From positions 822 to 64,821 of the forward strand of contig JAISGV010000001.1 in assembly GCA_031262885.1 (NCBI GenBank): a stretch of 64,000 nt of DNA. The letters run 5' to 3'. The notes beneath the pieces are model-generated. The model was given only the letters and a program-made list of their open reading frames with translations. It had not been told where the DNA came from and ran no database searches. Numbering within the stretch: position 1 is the first letter of the stretch; every line of letters begins with the position of its first letter. Below are positions 53,289 through 63,175 of this stretch, in pieces. The DNA is from Endomicrobium sp. GTDB taxonomy: Bacteria; Elusimicrobiota; Endomicrobiia; Endomicrobiales; Endomicrobiaceae. The translations under genes were made by a program, and so were the position numbers.

Positions 53289-55046
53289 ATGCAAAAATAT
53301 AAAATGCTTACTAAAGATAAAAAAAATTTTATATTTAAAGGAGTTACAGCTTCGTTAGGAATTGCTATTGGTAAGGTGTTTGCTATGGAATCAAAAATTA
53401 ATTTTGATTCTGTATTCAATAAAGTAATATTAGAAAAGCAAAAATTAACATATGCAATAAATAAAACAAAATTAGAACTAAATACTAATTATGAAAAAAT
53501 TAAGTTAATAGCGGGTAAACGTTATGCACAAATAATAAAAACTTATAGTTTAATTTTAAAAGATCATGTTATAAAAAAAAATATAGACATGCTTATAGAT
53601 TCTGGGATAGACGCAAGATCTGCAATTATAAATATTATAAATAAACTTGACACTATTTTTATTACTAATAAAAATAGTCAGTATTTTAAAGATAAAAAAA
53701 GTGACATAGAAGAAGTATGGTTTAATGTTATAAATAATCTAGATAATTTAAAATTTATAGAAAACAATAATAGATCTTTTAAATTCAGTAAAAATTTGGT
53801 AATTGTAGCTAATAATTTAACAATTAATGATATTATTTATATGAGGGAAAAATTTGTTATAGGATTTGCCTTAGATAAAAGTAGTAAAATTTCGCATAAT
53901 ATGATTATTGCTCAAGGACTAAAAATTCCAGCTGTAGTTGGTTTAGAAACAATATCTTTATATGCAAAAAATGGAAACAATATAATTATTGATGGTTATA
54001 ATGGGCATGTAATTCTTAATCCAACAAAAAGTACATTGAAAATGTACAGTACTAAGCGTTATCATCAATATATTGAAATAAATGATCTTAAAAAAATTAA
54101 GGATTTACCATGTGAAACGTTAGATAAACATAAAATTCTAATTTCTGCAAATATAAGTAATCCAATCGAAATACAATCTAGTTTTAATAATAATGAAATT
54201 ATTGAGATAGGATTATATAGGACAGAATATTTGTATAATAGAGCCAATTCTATACCTGATGAAAATACACATTTTTGGCAATATTTTAATATTATTAATA
54301 AGATACAACATAAAACTATTACTATACGAACAGTTAATTTAAATGAAGATATGTTAATTGATTTGGGTTTGATACGAAATGAATATTATAGAAAAAAAAT
54401 AGGATTAACTGCTATTAAATTATATCTTAAATATCCTGAATTATTAGAAAATCAGTTAAAAGGTATTTTAAGAGCATCCGCATATGGTACAATTAAAATC
54501 ATGTTCCCAATGGTTACAGATTTAGATGATCTAAAAATAATATATAAGATTTTAAATAATGTAAAACTAAATTTAAAGAAAAAAAATATAAAATTTGATG
54601 AAAATATAAAAATAGGAGTTATTATAGAAGTACCTTCAGCTGTAACTTTAATAGATCTTATAGTAAAAGAAGTGGATTTTATTTCAATAGGAACTAATGA
54701 TTTAATTCAGTATTCTTTGGCAATTGATAGAGAATATATATTTTATGAACCATTACATCCTGCAATTTTAAGGGCTATTAATACAATAATTTCTGTTAGC
54801 CATAATGTTGGTTTAAAAGTTAGTCTTTGTGGAGAAATGGCAAGTAATCCTTCTTGTATATCTATTTTATTAGGATTAGAATTAGATGAATTTAGTGTGT
54901 CTTTACCTCAAATATTAAATACTAAAAAAATTATTAGGAATCTAACTTTTGCAAAAACAAAAAAACTGTCTAAGATGATACTACAATGTACAAGTAAAAC
55001 CGAAATATTGAATATTATGAATAATAGTACAAATATAAAATGTTAA
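53289..55046 (+). CDS. ptsI: PTS enzyme I (divergent)
   Basis: ASLGIAIG, SH phospho-His, IGLYRTE, IMFPMV, IEVPSA, SIGTNDLIQY, CGEMA. Confidence 0.92.
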   Translation: MQKYKMLTKDKKNFIFKGVTASLGIAIGKVFAMESKINFDSVFNKVILEKQKLTYAINKTKLELNTNYEKIKLIAGKRYAQIIKTYSLILKDHVIKKNIDMLIDSGIDARSAIINIINKLDTIFITNKNSQYFKDKKSDIEEVWFNVINNLDNLKFIENNNRSFKFSKNLVIVANNLTINDIIYMREKFVIGFALDKSSKISHNMIIAQGLKIPAVVGLETISLYAKNGNNIIIDGYNGHVILNPTKSTLKMYSTKRYHQYIEINDLKKIKDLPCETLDKHKILISANISNPIEIQSSFNNNEIIEIGLYRTEYLYNRANSIPDENTHFWQYFNIINKIQHKTITIRTVNLNEDMLIDLGLIRNEYYRKKIGLTAIKLYLKYPELLENQLKGILRASAYGTIKIMFPMVTDLDDLKIIYKILNNVKLNLKKKNIKFDENIKIGVIIEVPSAVTLIDLIVKEVDFISIGTNDLIQYSLAIDREYIFYEPLHPAILRAINTIISVSHNVGLKVSLCGEMASNPSCISILLGLELDEFSVSLPQILNTKKIIRNLTFAKTKKLSKMILQCTSKTEILNIMNNSTNIKC

Positions 55047-56830
55047 ATATAAAAAATTTTTGTATTATAGCACATATAGATCATGGAAAAAGTACTTTAG
55101 CAGATAGATTATTAGAATATACTGAAACTGTTTCTGATAGAGAAATGAAAAATCAAGTACTTGATGCTATGGAATTGGAAAGGGAAAGAGGTATAACTAT
55201 TAAGGCTAAAGTTGTAAGAATGGAATTCTTTAAAAAGAATAGAAAATTTATTTTGAATTTAATTGATACTCCTGGACATGTAGATTTCGTATATGAAGTT
55301 TCTAGATCACTTATTGCCTGTGAAGGAGCTTTATTAATAGTAGATGCAACTCAAGGCGTGGAAGCACAAACTTTTGCAAATGCAAACTTAGCAAAAAAAA
55401 ACGGTATTAAAATTATCCCTATAATAAATAAAATAGATATTGAACATGCTAATATAAATAAAACTATTAATCAGATAAAAGAATTAAATATAAATATGAA
55501 ACCTATTCTTATAAGTGCAAAAAAAGGTATAGGAATAGATAACGTCATAGAATCAATAATAAACGATATACCTTCAGCAAAAGTTAAAAAAGATGCACCA
55601 TTATCAGCGTTAGTATTTGATTTTTTTTATGATTTATATAGAGGTACTATAATAGTTATTAGAGTATTTGAAGGTAAAATTACAACAGGTATGAAAATAA
55701 AATTTCCAAAATCTAATATAATTTGTACTGTGATTGAAGTTGGATACATTAGTATAAAAATGCATAAAGCTATAGAACTTATATCAGGAGAAGTTGGTTA
55801 TATAATTATAGGTGTAAAAAACATGTATGGTTTAAATATAGGTGATGTTATAATAGATAATTCCAATACAATATCAGTAAAACATATTAATATAAAAGCT
55901 AACAATAAAAAATCTAAACCATTTATTTTTGCCGGTTTTTTCCCTAATAATTCTTCTAATTATAATAATCTTAGAACAGCTTTGAACAGATTAAAACTTT
56001 CAGATACATCTTTTATGTTTAATTCTGAAAATTCTGTAGTTTTTGGTCCAGGATTTAGATGTGGATTTTTAGGTTCATTACATTTAGAAATAATAAAGGA
56101 AAGACTTAGTAGAGAATTTAATATAGATTTATTAGTTACTGCTCCTAATGTAGGATACAAAATAAAAAATAAATCTGAAATTATTACTATCGATAATCCT
56201 ATAAATTTTCCAAATATTATAAAAAATGTTGAAATTTTTGAACCTTATGTTTTAGCTAACATAAAGTGTCCAAAAAATTATATTGGAGCAATATTAGAGT
56301 TATGTAAAGAAAGAAGAGGTAAACAAATTGCATTGAATTATAATAATGCTAATGATATAACTTTAAAATATAATTTTCCACTGTCAGAAATTATTACTGA
56401 TTTTTATAGTACTTTAAAATCATGTTCAAAAGGTTATGCAATATTTAAATATGAACATATAGGATTTTATCCTGGTAATTTAACAAAGTTAGAAATTCTT
56501 ATTAATTTTAAGGTCATAGATGCTTTTACTATTGTAGTTAATGATAAAAAAGGGATAACAATTGCACATTTTCTTACAAAAAAATTAAAATCATTAATAC
56601 CTAGACATATGTTTGAAATTCCAATACAAGCAAGAATTAATAATAGAATAGTTTCTAGAGAGACTATTTCAGCACTACGTAAAGATGTTATTGCAAAATG
56701 TTATGGCGGCGATATTACTAGAAAACGAAAATTGCTTGAAAAACAAAAATATGGTAAGTTAAAAATGAAACAATTTGGAAGAGTGGAAATACCTATAGAA
56801 GCTTTTGAAACTATATTAGAAGTAAAATAA
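55040..56830 (+). CDS. lepA: Elongation factor 4 (LepA)
   Basis: IAHIDHGKSTLADR, ERERGITIK, GFRCGFLG, KCYGGDITRKRKLLEKQK. Confidence 0.98.
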   Translation: MLNIKNFCIIAHIDHGKSTLADRLLEYTETVSDREMKNQVLDAMELERERGITIKAKVVRMEFFKKNRKFILNLIDTPGHVDFVYEVSRSLIACEGALLIVDATQGVEAQTFANANLAKKNGIKIIPIINKIDIEHANINKTINQIKELNINMKPILISAKKGIGIDNVIESIINDIPSAKVKKDAPLSALVFDFFYDLYRGTIIVIRVFEGKITTGMKIKFPKSNIICTVIEVGYISIKMHKAIELISGEVGYIIIGVKNMYGLNIGDVIIDNSNTISVKHINIKANNKKSKPFIFAGFFPNNSSNYNNLRTALNRLKLSDTSFMFNSENSVVFGPGFRCGFLGSLHLEIIKERLSREFNIDLLVTAPNVGYKIKNKSEIITIDNPINFPNIIKNVEIFEPYVLANIKCPKNYIGAILELCKERRGKQIALNYNNANDITLKYNFPLSEIITDFYSTLKSCSKGYAIFKYEHIGFYPGNLTKLEILINFKVIDAFTIVVNDKKGITIAHFLTKKLKSLIPRHMFEIPIQARINNRIVSRETISALRKDVIAKCYGGDITRKRKLLEKQKYGKLKMKQFGRVEIPIEAFETILEVK

Positions 56831-56840
56831 GTTTTTTAAT

Positions 56841-57593
56841 TTGGAGGTACAGATTTTTTATATAGATTCTATAGAATTAAAAATATTTATTCTTGGTTGT
56901 ATATGTTTTTTTCTAACAATTTTATTTGCTATTACAAGTAAATATACATTTAAAAATTATTATACTGTAAAAGTTTTTAGTAATTTATATTCATTATTTG
57001 AATCGTTGTGGCCAGTTTTAATTATAGCTTCATTAATTATGTTTTTTTGTATACAAGCTTTTAAGATTCCAACCGGTAGTATGAAAAATACAATTATTGA
57101 AGGAGACCATATTTTTGTTAGTAAATCACATTATGGTATTCGCTTTCCTTTTTTTCAAATAGGAAAACGTTATTTTAGAAATTCAATAAAGCGAGGTGAT
57201 ATAATTGTTTTTCAAGCTCCTTCCAAAGCTATGACAATGTTTGATAATAAATTAAAAAAAGATTTTATAAAAAGATGTGTTGCTATAGAAGGAGATCTTG
57301 TTGAAATAAAAAATAAGAAATTATATATAAATAAAAATAAAATTGAGGAACCATATATAATTTTTAATAAAGAAGATGTTAGTATACAAAATACTAAACA
57401 GAATATTATACTTGAGAATAAAAAGAATAATTTTGGACCATTAATTATTCCTAAAAATCATTATATGATGTTAGGAGATAACAGAGATTTTTCATATGAT
57501 TCTAGATTTTGGGGTCCATTACATGATAAATATATAAAAGGAAAAGCTTTGATAATATATTGGCCAATCTATAGATGGAGAATATTAAAATGA
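56841..57593 (+). CDS. lepB: Signal peptidase I
   Basis: FKIPTGSM (Ser), DFIKRC (Lys), GDNRD.SYDSRFWG. Confidence 0.95.
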   Translation: MEVQIFYIDSIELKIFILGCICFFLTILFAITSKYTFKNYYTVKVFSNLYSLFESLWPVLIIASLIMFFCIQAFKIPTGSMKNTIIEGDHIFVSKSHYGIRFPFFQIGKRYFRNSIKRGDIIVFQAPSKAMTMFDNKLKKDFIKRCVAIEGDLVEIKNKKLYINKNKIEEPYIIFNKEDVSIQNTKQNIILENKKNNFGPLIIPKNHYMMLGDNRDFSYDSRFWGPLHDKYIKGKALIIYWPIYRWRILK

Positions 57594-58021
57594 TTAATTG
57601 GTTTATAATTACAATATTGTTTTTAATTATTTCAATAATTATCCCTTATGCTTTTTTCTTATTTTATTTGTCTATTGCATCTTTTGTTGCATTAATGTTA
57701 TATTGTCATAGTGGTATTTCGCCTATAATAGGAATATTTATTTCTTTAATAAGTATAATAATTTTAATATATATTATTGATATTTTATTCAAAAAATTTA
57801 ATTTAACTAAATCAAATTTTTTAAATACTAATGTAGATATTCTTATTGGGGAAAAAGCTATTGTAGTCAAAACCATAGTTCCAAATGCTATAGGATTTGT
57901 AAAAATATATAATGAATTATGGAGAGCAAGTGCTAATGAAATTTTTTTAATAAATGAATTAGTAATCATAAAGAAAATAAAAGGAACAACTTTAATTGTT
58001 TCTAAAATAAACGAGATTTAA
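57590..58021 (+). CDS. NfeD-family (YbbJ-like) membrane protein
   Basis: N-terminal TMs; OB-fold tail LIGEKAIV, G.VKI.NELWRA, GTTLIV; precedes the SPFH gene. Confidence 0.85.
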   Translation: MINWFIITILFLIISIIIPYAFFLFYLSIASFVALMLYCHSGISPIIGIFISLISIIILIYIIDILFKKFNLTKSNFLNTNVDILIGEKAIVVKTIVPNAIGFVKIYNELWRASANEIFLINELVIIKKIKGTTLIVSKINEI

Positions 58022-58032
58022 AAGGTTAATAT

Positions 58033-58938
58033 ATGGAATTTTTAATTTATCTATTAATTATAATGTTTGCAGTTATTTTTTCTGCAAATTCTATAAAAAT
58101 AGTTAGACAATATGAAAAAGGAATTATAGAAACATTAGGGAAATATACAGCTATAAGAGAACCTGGAGCTAATATTATTATACCTATATTTCAAAGAATG
58201 TTAAAAGTTGACATGAGAGAACGTGTTATTGATGTTCCTCCACAAAGTGTTATAACGAAAGATAATGTTTCAGTTATTGTTGATGCTATAATTTATTTTC
58301 AAGTAACTGATCCTATAAGAGTTATTTATAATATTGAGGATTTTGCTATTGCAGCTTTAAAATTAGCACAAACTAATTTAAGAAATTTAATAGGCGATAT
58401 GGAATTAGATAATACTTTAACTTCTAGAGAAAAAATAAATACACAATTAAGGACAGTAATGGATGATGCTACTGATAAATGGGGAGTTAAAGTTACAAGA
58501 GTAGAAATACAGAAAATAGACCCACCTAAAGATATTACTAATGCTATGTCTAAACAAATGAAAGCTGAAAGAGAGAAAAGAGCTAATATTTTAGAAGCAG
58601 AAGGTTTAAGACAAGCTGCCATACTTAAAGCAGAGGGAGCAAAACAATCTGTAATTTTAAATGCAGAAGCAATAAAAGAAAAACAAATTTTAGAAGCTAT
58701 TGGGAAATCAGAAGCTTTAAAAAATATAGCGAGTGCAGAAAAATATAAAATAGAAATTATATATAATGCTATAAAAAATAGTCATCCTACAACTGAATTG
58801 ATTGCTATTAAATATTTAGAAAGTTTGAATAGTATTGCGAATGGACAAGCTACAAAAATATTTTTACCATTAGATATAAATGGTGTTATGTCATCAATAG
58901 GTGGCATATCAGAACTTTTTAAAAAAACGCAAAAATGA
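58033..58938 (+). CDS. SPFH/band 7 (QmcA/stomatin-like) protein
   Basis: VPPQSVITKDNV, QTNLRN.IG.MELD, WGVKVTRVE, QMKAEREKRA. Confidence 0.94.
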   Translation: MEFLIYLLIIMFAVIFSANSIKIVRQYEKGIIETLGKYTAIREPGANIIIPIFQRMLKVDMRERVIDVPPQSVITKDNVSVIVDAIIYFQVTDPIRVIYNIEDFAIAALKLAQTNLRNLIGDMELDNTLTSREKINTQLRTVMDDATDKWGVKVTRVEIQKIDPPKDITNAMSKQMKAEREKRANILEAEGLRQAAILKAEGAKQSVILNAEAIKEKQILEAIGKSEALKNIASAEKYKIEIIYNAIKNSHPTTELIAIKYLESLNSIANGQATKIFLPLDINGVMSSIGGISELFKKTQK

Positions 58939-58948
58939 GATAAAATAA

Positions 58949-59473
58949 ATGGGAATATTAAAAATTCCACAAAAGGTAAAATTGTTTTGTGGGATTATCT
59001 TTGCAAATGAAGCATATGCTCAGAAAGCTTTGAAAATATTGGAAACAAAACTTGGGAGTATTGACTCTTTTAGTAATTCTATTGTTTTTGATTTTTCAAA
59101 TTATTACAATACAGAAATGGGTAACAAACTTTTGAGGTTTTGGGTTTCATTTAAAAACTTAATTATTCCTAATAAACTTATAGAAATTAAAATTTTAACT
59201 AATCATATTGAAATTAAACTTGCTACTTCTACACTTAAAAAAAACAGATTAGTAAATATTGATCCAGGTTATGTTACTGCTGCAAATGTAATCTTGGCCA
59301 CAACCAAAAATTTTAGTCATAGAATTTATTTGGCAAATGGGATTTATGCCGAAGTTACAACTATGTATGTTCATGGCAGATTTATTAAGTTACCTTGGAC
59401 ATATAATGATTATATGTCTCAAACTGCTGTTAATTTTTTTTCAGTAATGCGTACTAGATTGTTAAATTTTTAG
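58949..59473 (+). CDS. DUF4416 family protein
   Basis: YYNTEMG, IK..TN.IE, R.VNIDPGY, LATTKNFSHRIYL..GIYAEVT. Confidence 0.8.
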   Translation: MGILKIPQKVKLFCGIIFANEAYAQKALKILETKLGSIDSFSNSIVFDFSNYYNTEMGNKLLRFWVSFKNLIIPNKLIEIKILTNHIEIKLATSTLKKNRLVNIDPGYVTAANVILATTKNFSHRIYLANGIYAEVTTMYVHGRFIKLPWTYNDYMSQTAVNFFSVMRTRLLNF

Positions 59474-59514
59474 TTTTTTCTTTTTTAGAGTAGAATAATT
59501 TTATATTTGTTAAT

Positions 59515-59586
59515 GCCGATGTAGCTCAAAGGTAGAGCAACGGTTTTGTAAACCGTAGGTTGTAGGTTCAAATCCTATCATCGGCT
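59515..59586 (+). tRNA. tRNA-Thr(TGT)
   Basis: GCCGATG/CATCGGC, ACGGT-TTTGTAA-ACCGT, GGTTCAAATCC. Confidence 0.95.
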
Positions 59587-59627
59587 TGTTATTTTTTATA
59601 CATTGTAAAAATTTTTAAATATAATTT

Positions 59628-60083
59628 ATGAAAAAAAATACAAATAAAATATTATCAACAAATAGAAAAGTTTATTTCAATTATGAAATTATTTCAAAAT
59701 TAGAAGTAGGCATTGTATTACATGGTAATGAAGTAAAAGCTATGAAAAATGGCAATGTAAGTTTTAACGGAAGTATTATAAAATTTAATGCTGACGAAGC
59801 ATTTATTGAAAATATGTTTATATCCAAATACCAATATGCAACTACTACTATAGACTATAATTATAAAAGAAGTCGTAAGTTATTAATGCACAAAGACGAA
59901 CTGAGAAAAATACATATAAAAATTAAAGAAAAAGGTTATACTATTATGCCCTTAGAAGTTTATATAAATCATAAAGGTATAATTAAATTACTCATATGTT
60001 TGGCTAAAGGAAGAAAATTATACGATAAAAGAGAATATATTAGAAATAGAGACATTAAAAAAGAAATTTTAAAAAATTATTAA
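59628..60083 (+). CDS. smpB: SsrA-binding protein
   Basis: NRK..FNY, GIVL.G.EVKA, RSRKLLMHK.E, AKGRKLYDKRE. Confidence 0.96.
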   Translation: MKKNTNKILSTNRKVYFNYEIISKLEVGIVLHGNEVKAMKNGNVSFNGSIIKFNADEAFIENMFISKYQYATTTIDYNYKRSRKLLMHKDELRKIHIKIKEKGYTIMPLEVYINHKGIIKLLICLAKGRKLYDKREYIRNRDIKKEILKNY

Positions 60084-60085
60084 TA

Positions 60086-63000
60086 ATGAGTTTTACACAA
60101 ATAATTTGTTTGAAAGCTTCAGCAGGTTCTGGAAAAACATATAATCTTGCAAAACGTTATATTAGTCTTTTATTAAATCATGAAGATTTAAGTATAAAGA
60201 ATTTAGTAGCTATAACTTTTACAAACAAAGCTGCTATTGAAATGAAAACGAGAATCGTTAGTTATCTAAAAATGATAGCTTTAGGTATGGATACAGGAAA
60301 TTTTCTAAATGAAATTAAACTAAATAAAAAAAATATAATAACAAAAAGCAAGTTTTTATTGAATGATATTTTTAATAATTATGATAGTTTTAATATAAGT
60401 ACTGTAGATAGTTTTAAAAATCACATTTTGAAGACTTGTGCAATGAATATGGATCTATCTCCTAACTTTGAAATAAAAAGAGATTACAGCTATAATCTAT
60501 TATTTGCTTTAGAAAATTTTTTAAAAAAAGCAAAATATTCATATAATAGCAGTGAAAATAAAATTATTTTAAAGTATTTGTTACAGTATCTGACACGAGA
60601 TTTAGATTGGATTCCAAAAAATAATATTTATTCTGAAATTGAAAAGGTCTTTAGTAAATTAAGCAATATAGGAAAAGATGTTGTAATGAATGATAAGTTG
60701 TATTTTAGGAGAGAATTAACTATTAAGTTTAATTCTATTAATAATAGATTAAAACATAATTTAAATTTTTTCTTAAATGCAGGAGTAAATACTTCTTATA
60801 TTAAAGCTATAAAAAAAATTTTAAATGAAGGAGTTAAATCACTAATTTCAAATTATACCCCTGTATTGCTTGCTAATAAAAACATTAAATACAAGCACGG
60901 ATTTAAATCTAATATTAAAGCAAACAATCTTTGGACTTCATTAAATAAAGAATTAGAAGATTTTTATGATTTTTATATGGAAAGTTATTATAATGTTTAT
61001 GTCAATATATATTTTAAGGTAATTAGTGAATTAAATAAACAATCTAAAAAAGAAAGTATTATTTTCTTGAATGAAATTAATAAAAGGACTTTAGATTTTT
61101 TTGATAAAAATAATAATGTTGTTCCAGAAATATATTATAAACTGTCTAATAGATATAAACATTTTTTAATTGATGAATTTCAAGATATGAGTTTTATTCA
61201 ATGGATAGGTATTAAAAAATTTTTGGAAGAAAGTTTAGCTAATGGAGGTTCATTATTTTATGTCGGAGATGTAAAGCAAGCTATATACGCTTTTAGATAT
61301 AGTGATGCTAAAATTTTTAGTTTAGCTAAAAAAGAATTTCCTAGCATATTATGCAAAACAAAATATTTAAAATATAACTTTAGAAGTTCTAAGTCTATTA
61401 TAGATTTTAATAATTTAATTTTTTCAGAACAAAACATTAAAAAATTTTTGTTTTCAATTGAAGATGAAGAGTATATTCAATATAATTTAAAAGATTATAT
61501 TGAATGTTATGCTGTTGATAACCAACAAATGTATAAGATAGATAATAAGCTTGGATATGTAGAAATGTATATGATTGATAATGAGTGCAAAGATGTTAAC
61601 ATAGAAATTAAAGGTAAACTTGTAAAGAATATTAAACAAATATTACAAAGATTTAGAAATCAGGATGTTGCTATTCTATGTAGAAAAAATGAAGAAATAG
61701 TCAAAATTAATTCATGGCTTTTGGAGAATAATTTAGAAGTGGATTCTCCTCAAACCTTGAACATAAAAAATAATACCATTATAAAACAAATTGTTTCATT
61801 ATTAATGTTTATAAATTCACAAAATAATACATTATCATTTATTTCTTTTATACTTGGAAGTATTTTTGAGAAGGTTACAAATATCTCTTCTGTAATTTTT
61901 GAACAATTTTTATTTAATTTTAAAGGTGCTGACTCTAATAAAAAACCTTTATGGCAAATTTTCATGAATAAATATAAACATCTTTGGAATAAGCATTTTG
62001 CTTTTTTTATTAATAAAGCAAATATATTACCTGTTTATGAATTAACAATAATGATTTTAGAAAAATTTGAAGTAATCTATAATTTTAAAAATTCGACAAT
62101 ATTCATTTCTCGTTTTTTAGAACTAATAAAAAACTTTGAAGAAAAATTTCCTGGATTTGGACTTTATGGTTTTTTAGATTATTTTAATAGCCTAAAAAAC
62201 CATGATGATTCATTATTTATAAGTAATATCTTTAAAAACGGTATAAAAATTATGACTATACATAAAGCTAAAGGTTTACAGTTCCCTGTAGTTATAATTC
62301 CATTTTTAAAATTTTCTTATAAAGCTATTGAAAAGCCTTATTTTGATTGTTCTGATATAAAAGTACGTTTACTAAATATAAATAAAAATATTTCTAAGTT
62401 TTCTAGTAAAGCTAAAAATATATATTTGAAAGCTAGATTAGAATCTTTATTATCAGAAATAAATGTTTTATATGTTTCTATGACTAGAGCTCAGTATGAA
62501 CTTTATGCTACAATTCCTCCTAAAGATGGAATTTCTAAAAATCTTAGTAAACAACTTTTTTTAGAAAAACAGTTGGTTTTTGGTTCTAACAAAATAAATT
62601 ATAAAAAACATGTAAAAAAAATAAAAAATTCTGAATTATTTATAGATAGAATAGGTTTTAATTATAAAAATCAATCTTATGTAAAAAAACTTTTAATTAA
62701 AAAAATGTTTAATATTGAATTAAAAAACAATACAGAACAAGAAGAAAGTTTAATTATGCATTATACCTTAAGTAAAATTAAGATTGCAAATATTAAAAAT
62801 ATGTTTGATAATATAAATCAAATTATAGATTTTATAAGTAAAAAATTTTATTTTAAAGATACTAAATTTCTGAAAAATAGGATTTTTCATTTATTTAAAT
62901 ATAATGAAATAATTAATTTATTCATAAGTAAGGAATGCCATGTTTATAATGAAAGAGAAATAATAGATTCTTTAGGTGATACATATATTATTGATAAGTT

Positions 63001-63169
63001 AATAATTTATTTAAATAAGATTTTAATAGTAAATTTTATTCCAGATTATAATAAAAATAATAAACACAATTACAAATATTATATTTCTAAAATCTATCCT
63101 AATAAAAAAATAGACGTTTACAATATAAATGTAATCAATTGTAAATATAACATTGAAAATTATAAATAG
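60086..63169 (+). CDS. AddA/RecB-like SF1 helicase with degenerate C-terminal nuclease domain
   Basis: ASAGSGKT, ITFTNKAA.EM, LIDEFQD, VGDVKQAIYAFR, MTIHKAKGLQF, LYVSMTRA. Confidence 0.9.
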   Translation: MSFTQIICLKASAGSGKTYNLAKRYISLLLNHEDLSIKNLVAITFTNKAAIEMKTRIVSYLKMIALGMDTGNFLNEIKLNKKNIITKSKFLLNDIFNNYDSFNISTVDSFKNHILKTCAMNMDLSPNFEIKRDYSYNLLFALENFLKKAKYSYNSSENKIILKYLLQYLTRDLDWIPKNNIYSEIEKVFSKLSNIGKDVVMNDKLYFRRELTIKFNSINNRLKHNLNFFLNAGVNTSYIKAIKKILNEGVKSLISNYTPVLLANKNIKYKHGFKSNIKANNLWTSLNKELEDFYDFYMESYYNVYVNIYFKVISELNKQSKKESIIFLNEINKRTLDFFDKNNNVVPEIYYKLSNRYKHFLIDEFQDMSFIQWIGIKKFLEESLANGGSLFYVGDVKQAIYAFRYSDAKIFSLAKKEFPSILCKTKYLKYNFRSSKSIIDFNNLIFSEQNIKKFLFSIEDEEYIQYNLKDYIECYAVDNQQMYKIDNKLGYVEMYMIDNECKDVNIEIKGKLVKNIKQILQRFRNQDVAILCRKNEEIVKINSWLLENNLEVDSPQTLNIKNNTIIKQIVSLLMFINSQNNTLSFISFILGSIFEKVTNISSVIFEQFLFNFKGADSNKKPLWQIFMNKYKHLWNKHFAFFINKANILPVYELTIMILEKFEVIYNFKNSTIFISRFLELIKNFEEKFPGFGLYGFLDYFNSLKNHDDSLFISNIFKNGIKIMTIHKAKGLQFPVVIIPFLKFSYKAIEKPYFDCSDIKVRLLNINKNISKFSSKAKNIYLKARLESLLSEINVLYVSMTRAQYELYATIPPKDGISKNLSKQLFLEKQLVFGSNKINYKKHVKKIKNSELFIDRIGFNYKNQSYVKKLLIKKMFNIELKNNTEQEESLIMHYTLSKIKIANIKNMFDNINQIIDFISKKFYFKDTKFLKNRIFHLFKYNEIINLFISKECHVYNEREIIDSLGDTYIIDKLIIYLNKILIVNFIPDYNKNNKHNYKYYISKIYPNKKIDVYNINVINCKYNIENYK

Positions 63170-63175
63170 AAAAAA

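Noticed and set aside
59587-60090. tmRNA (ssrA) near smpB
   Set aside because: No GGGG...TCCACCA tRNA-like ends and no intergenic room; presumably elsewhere in the genome.
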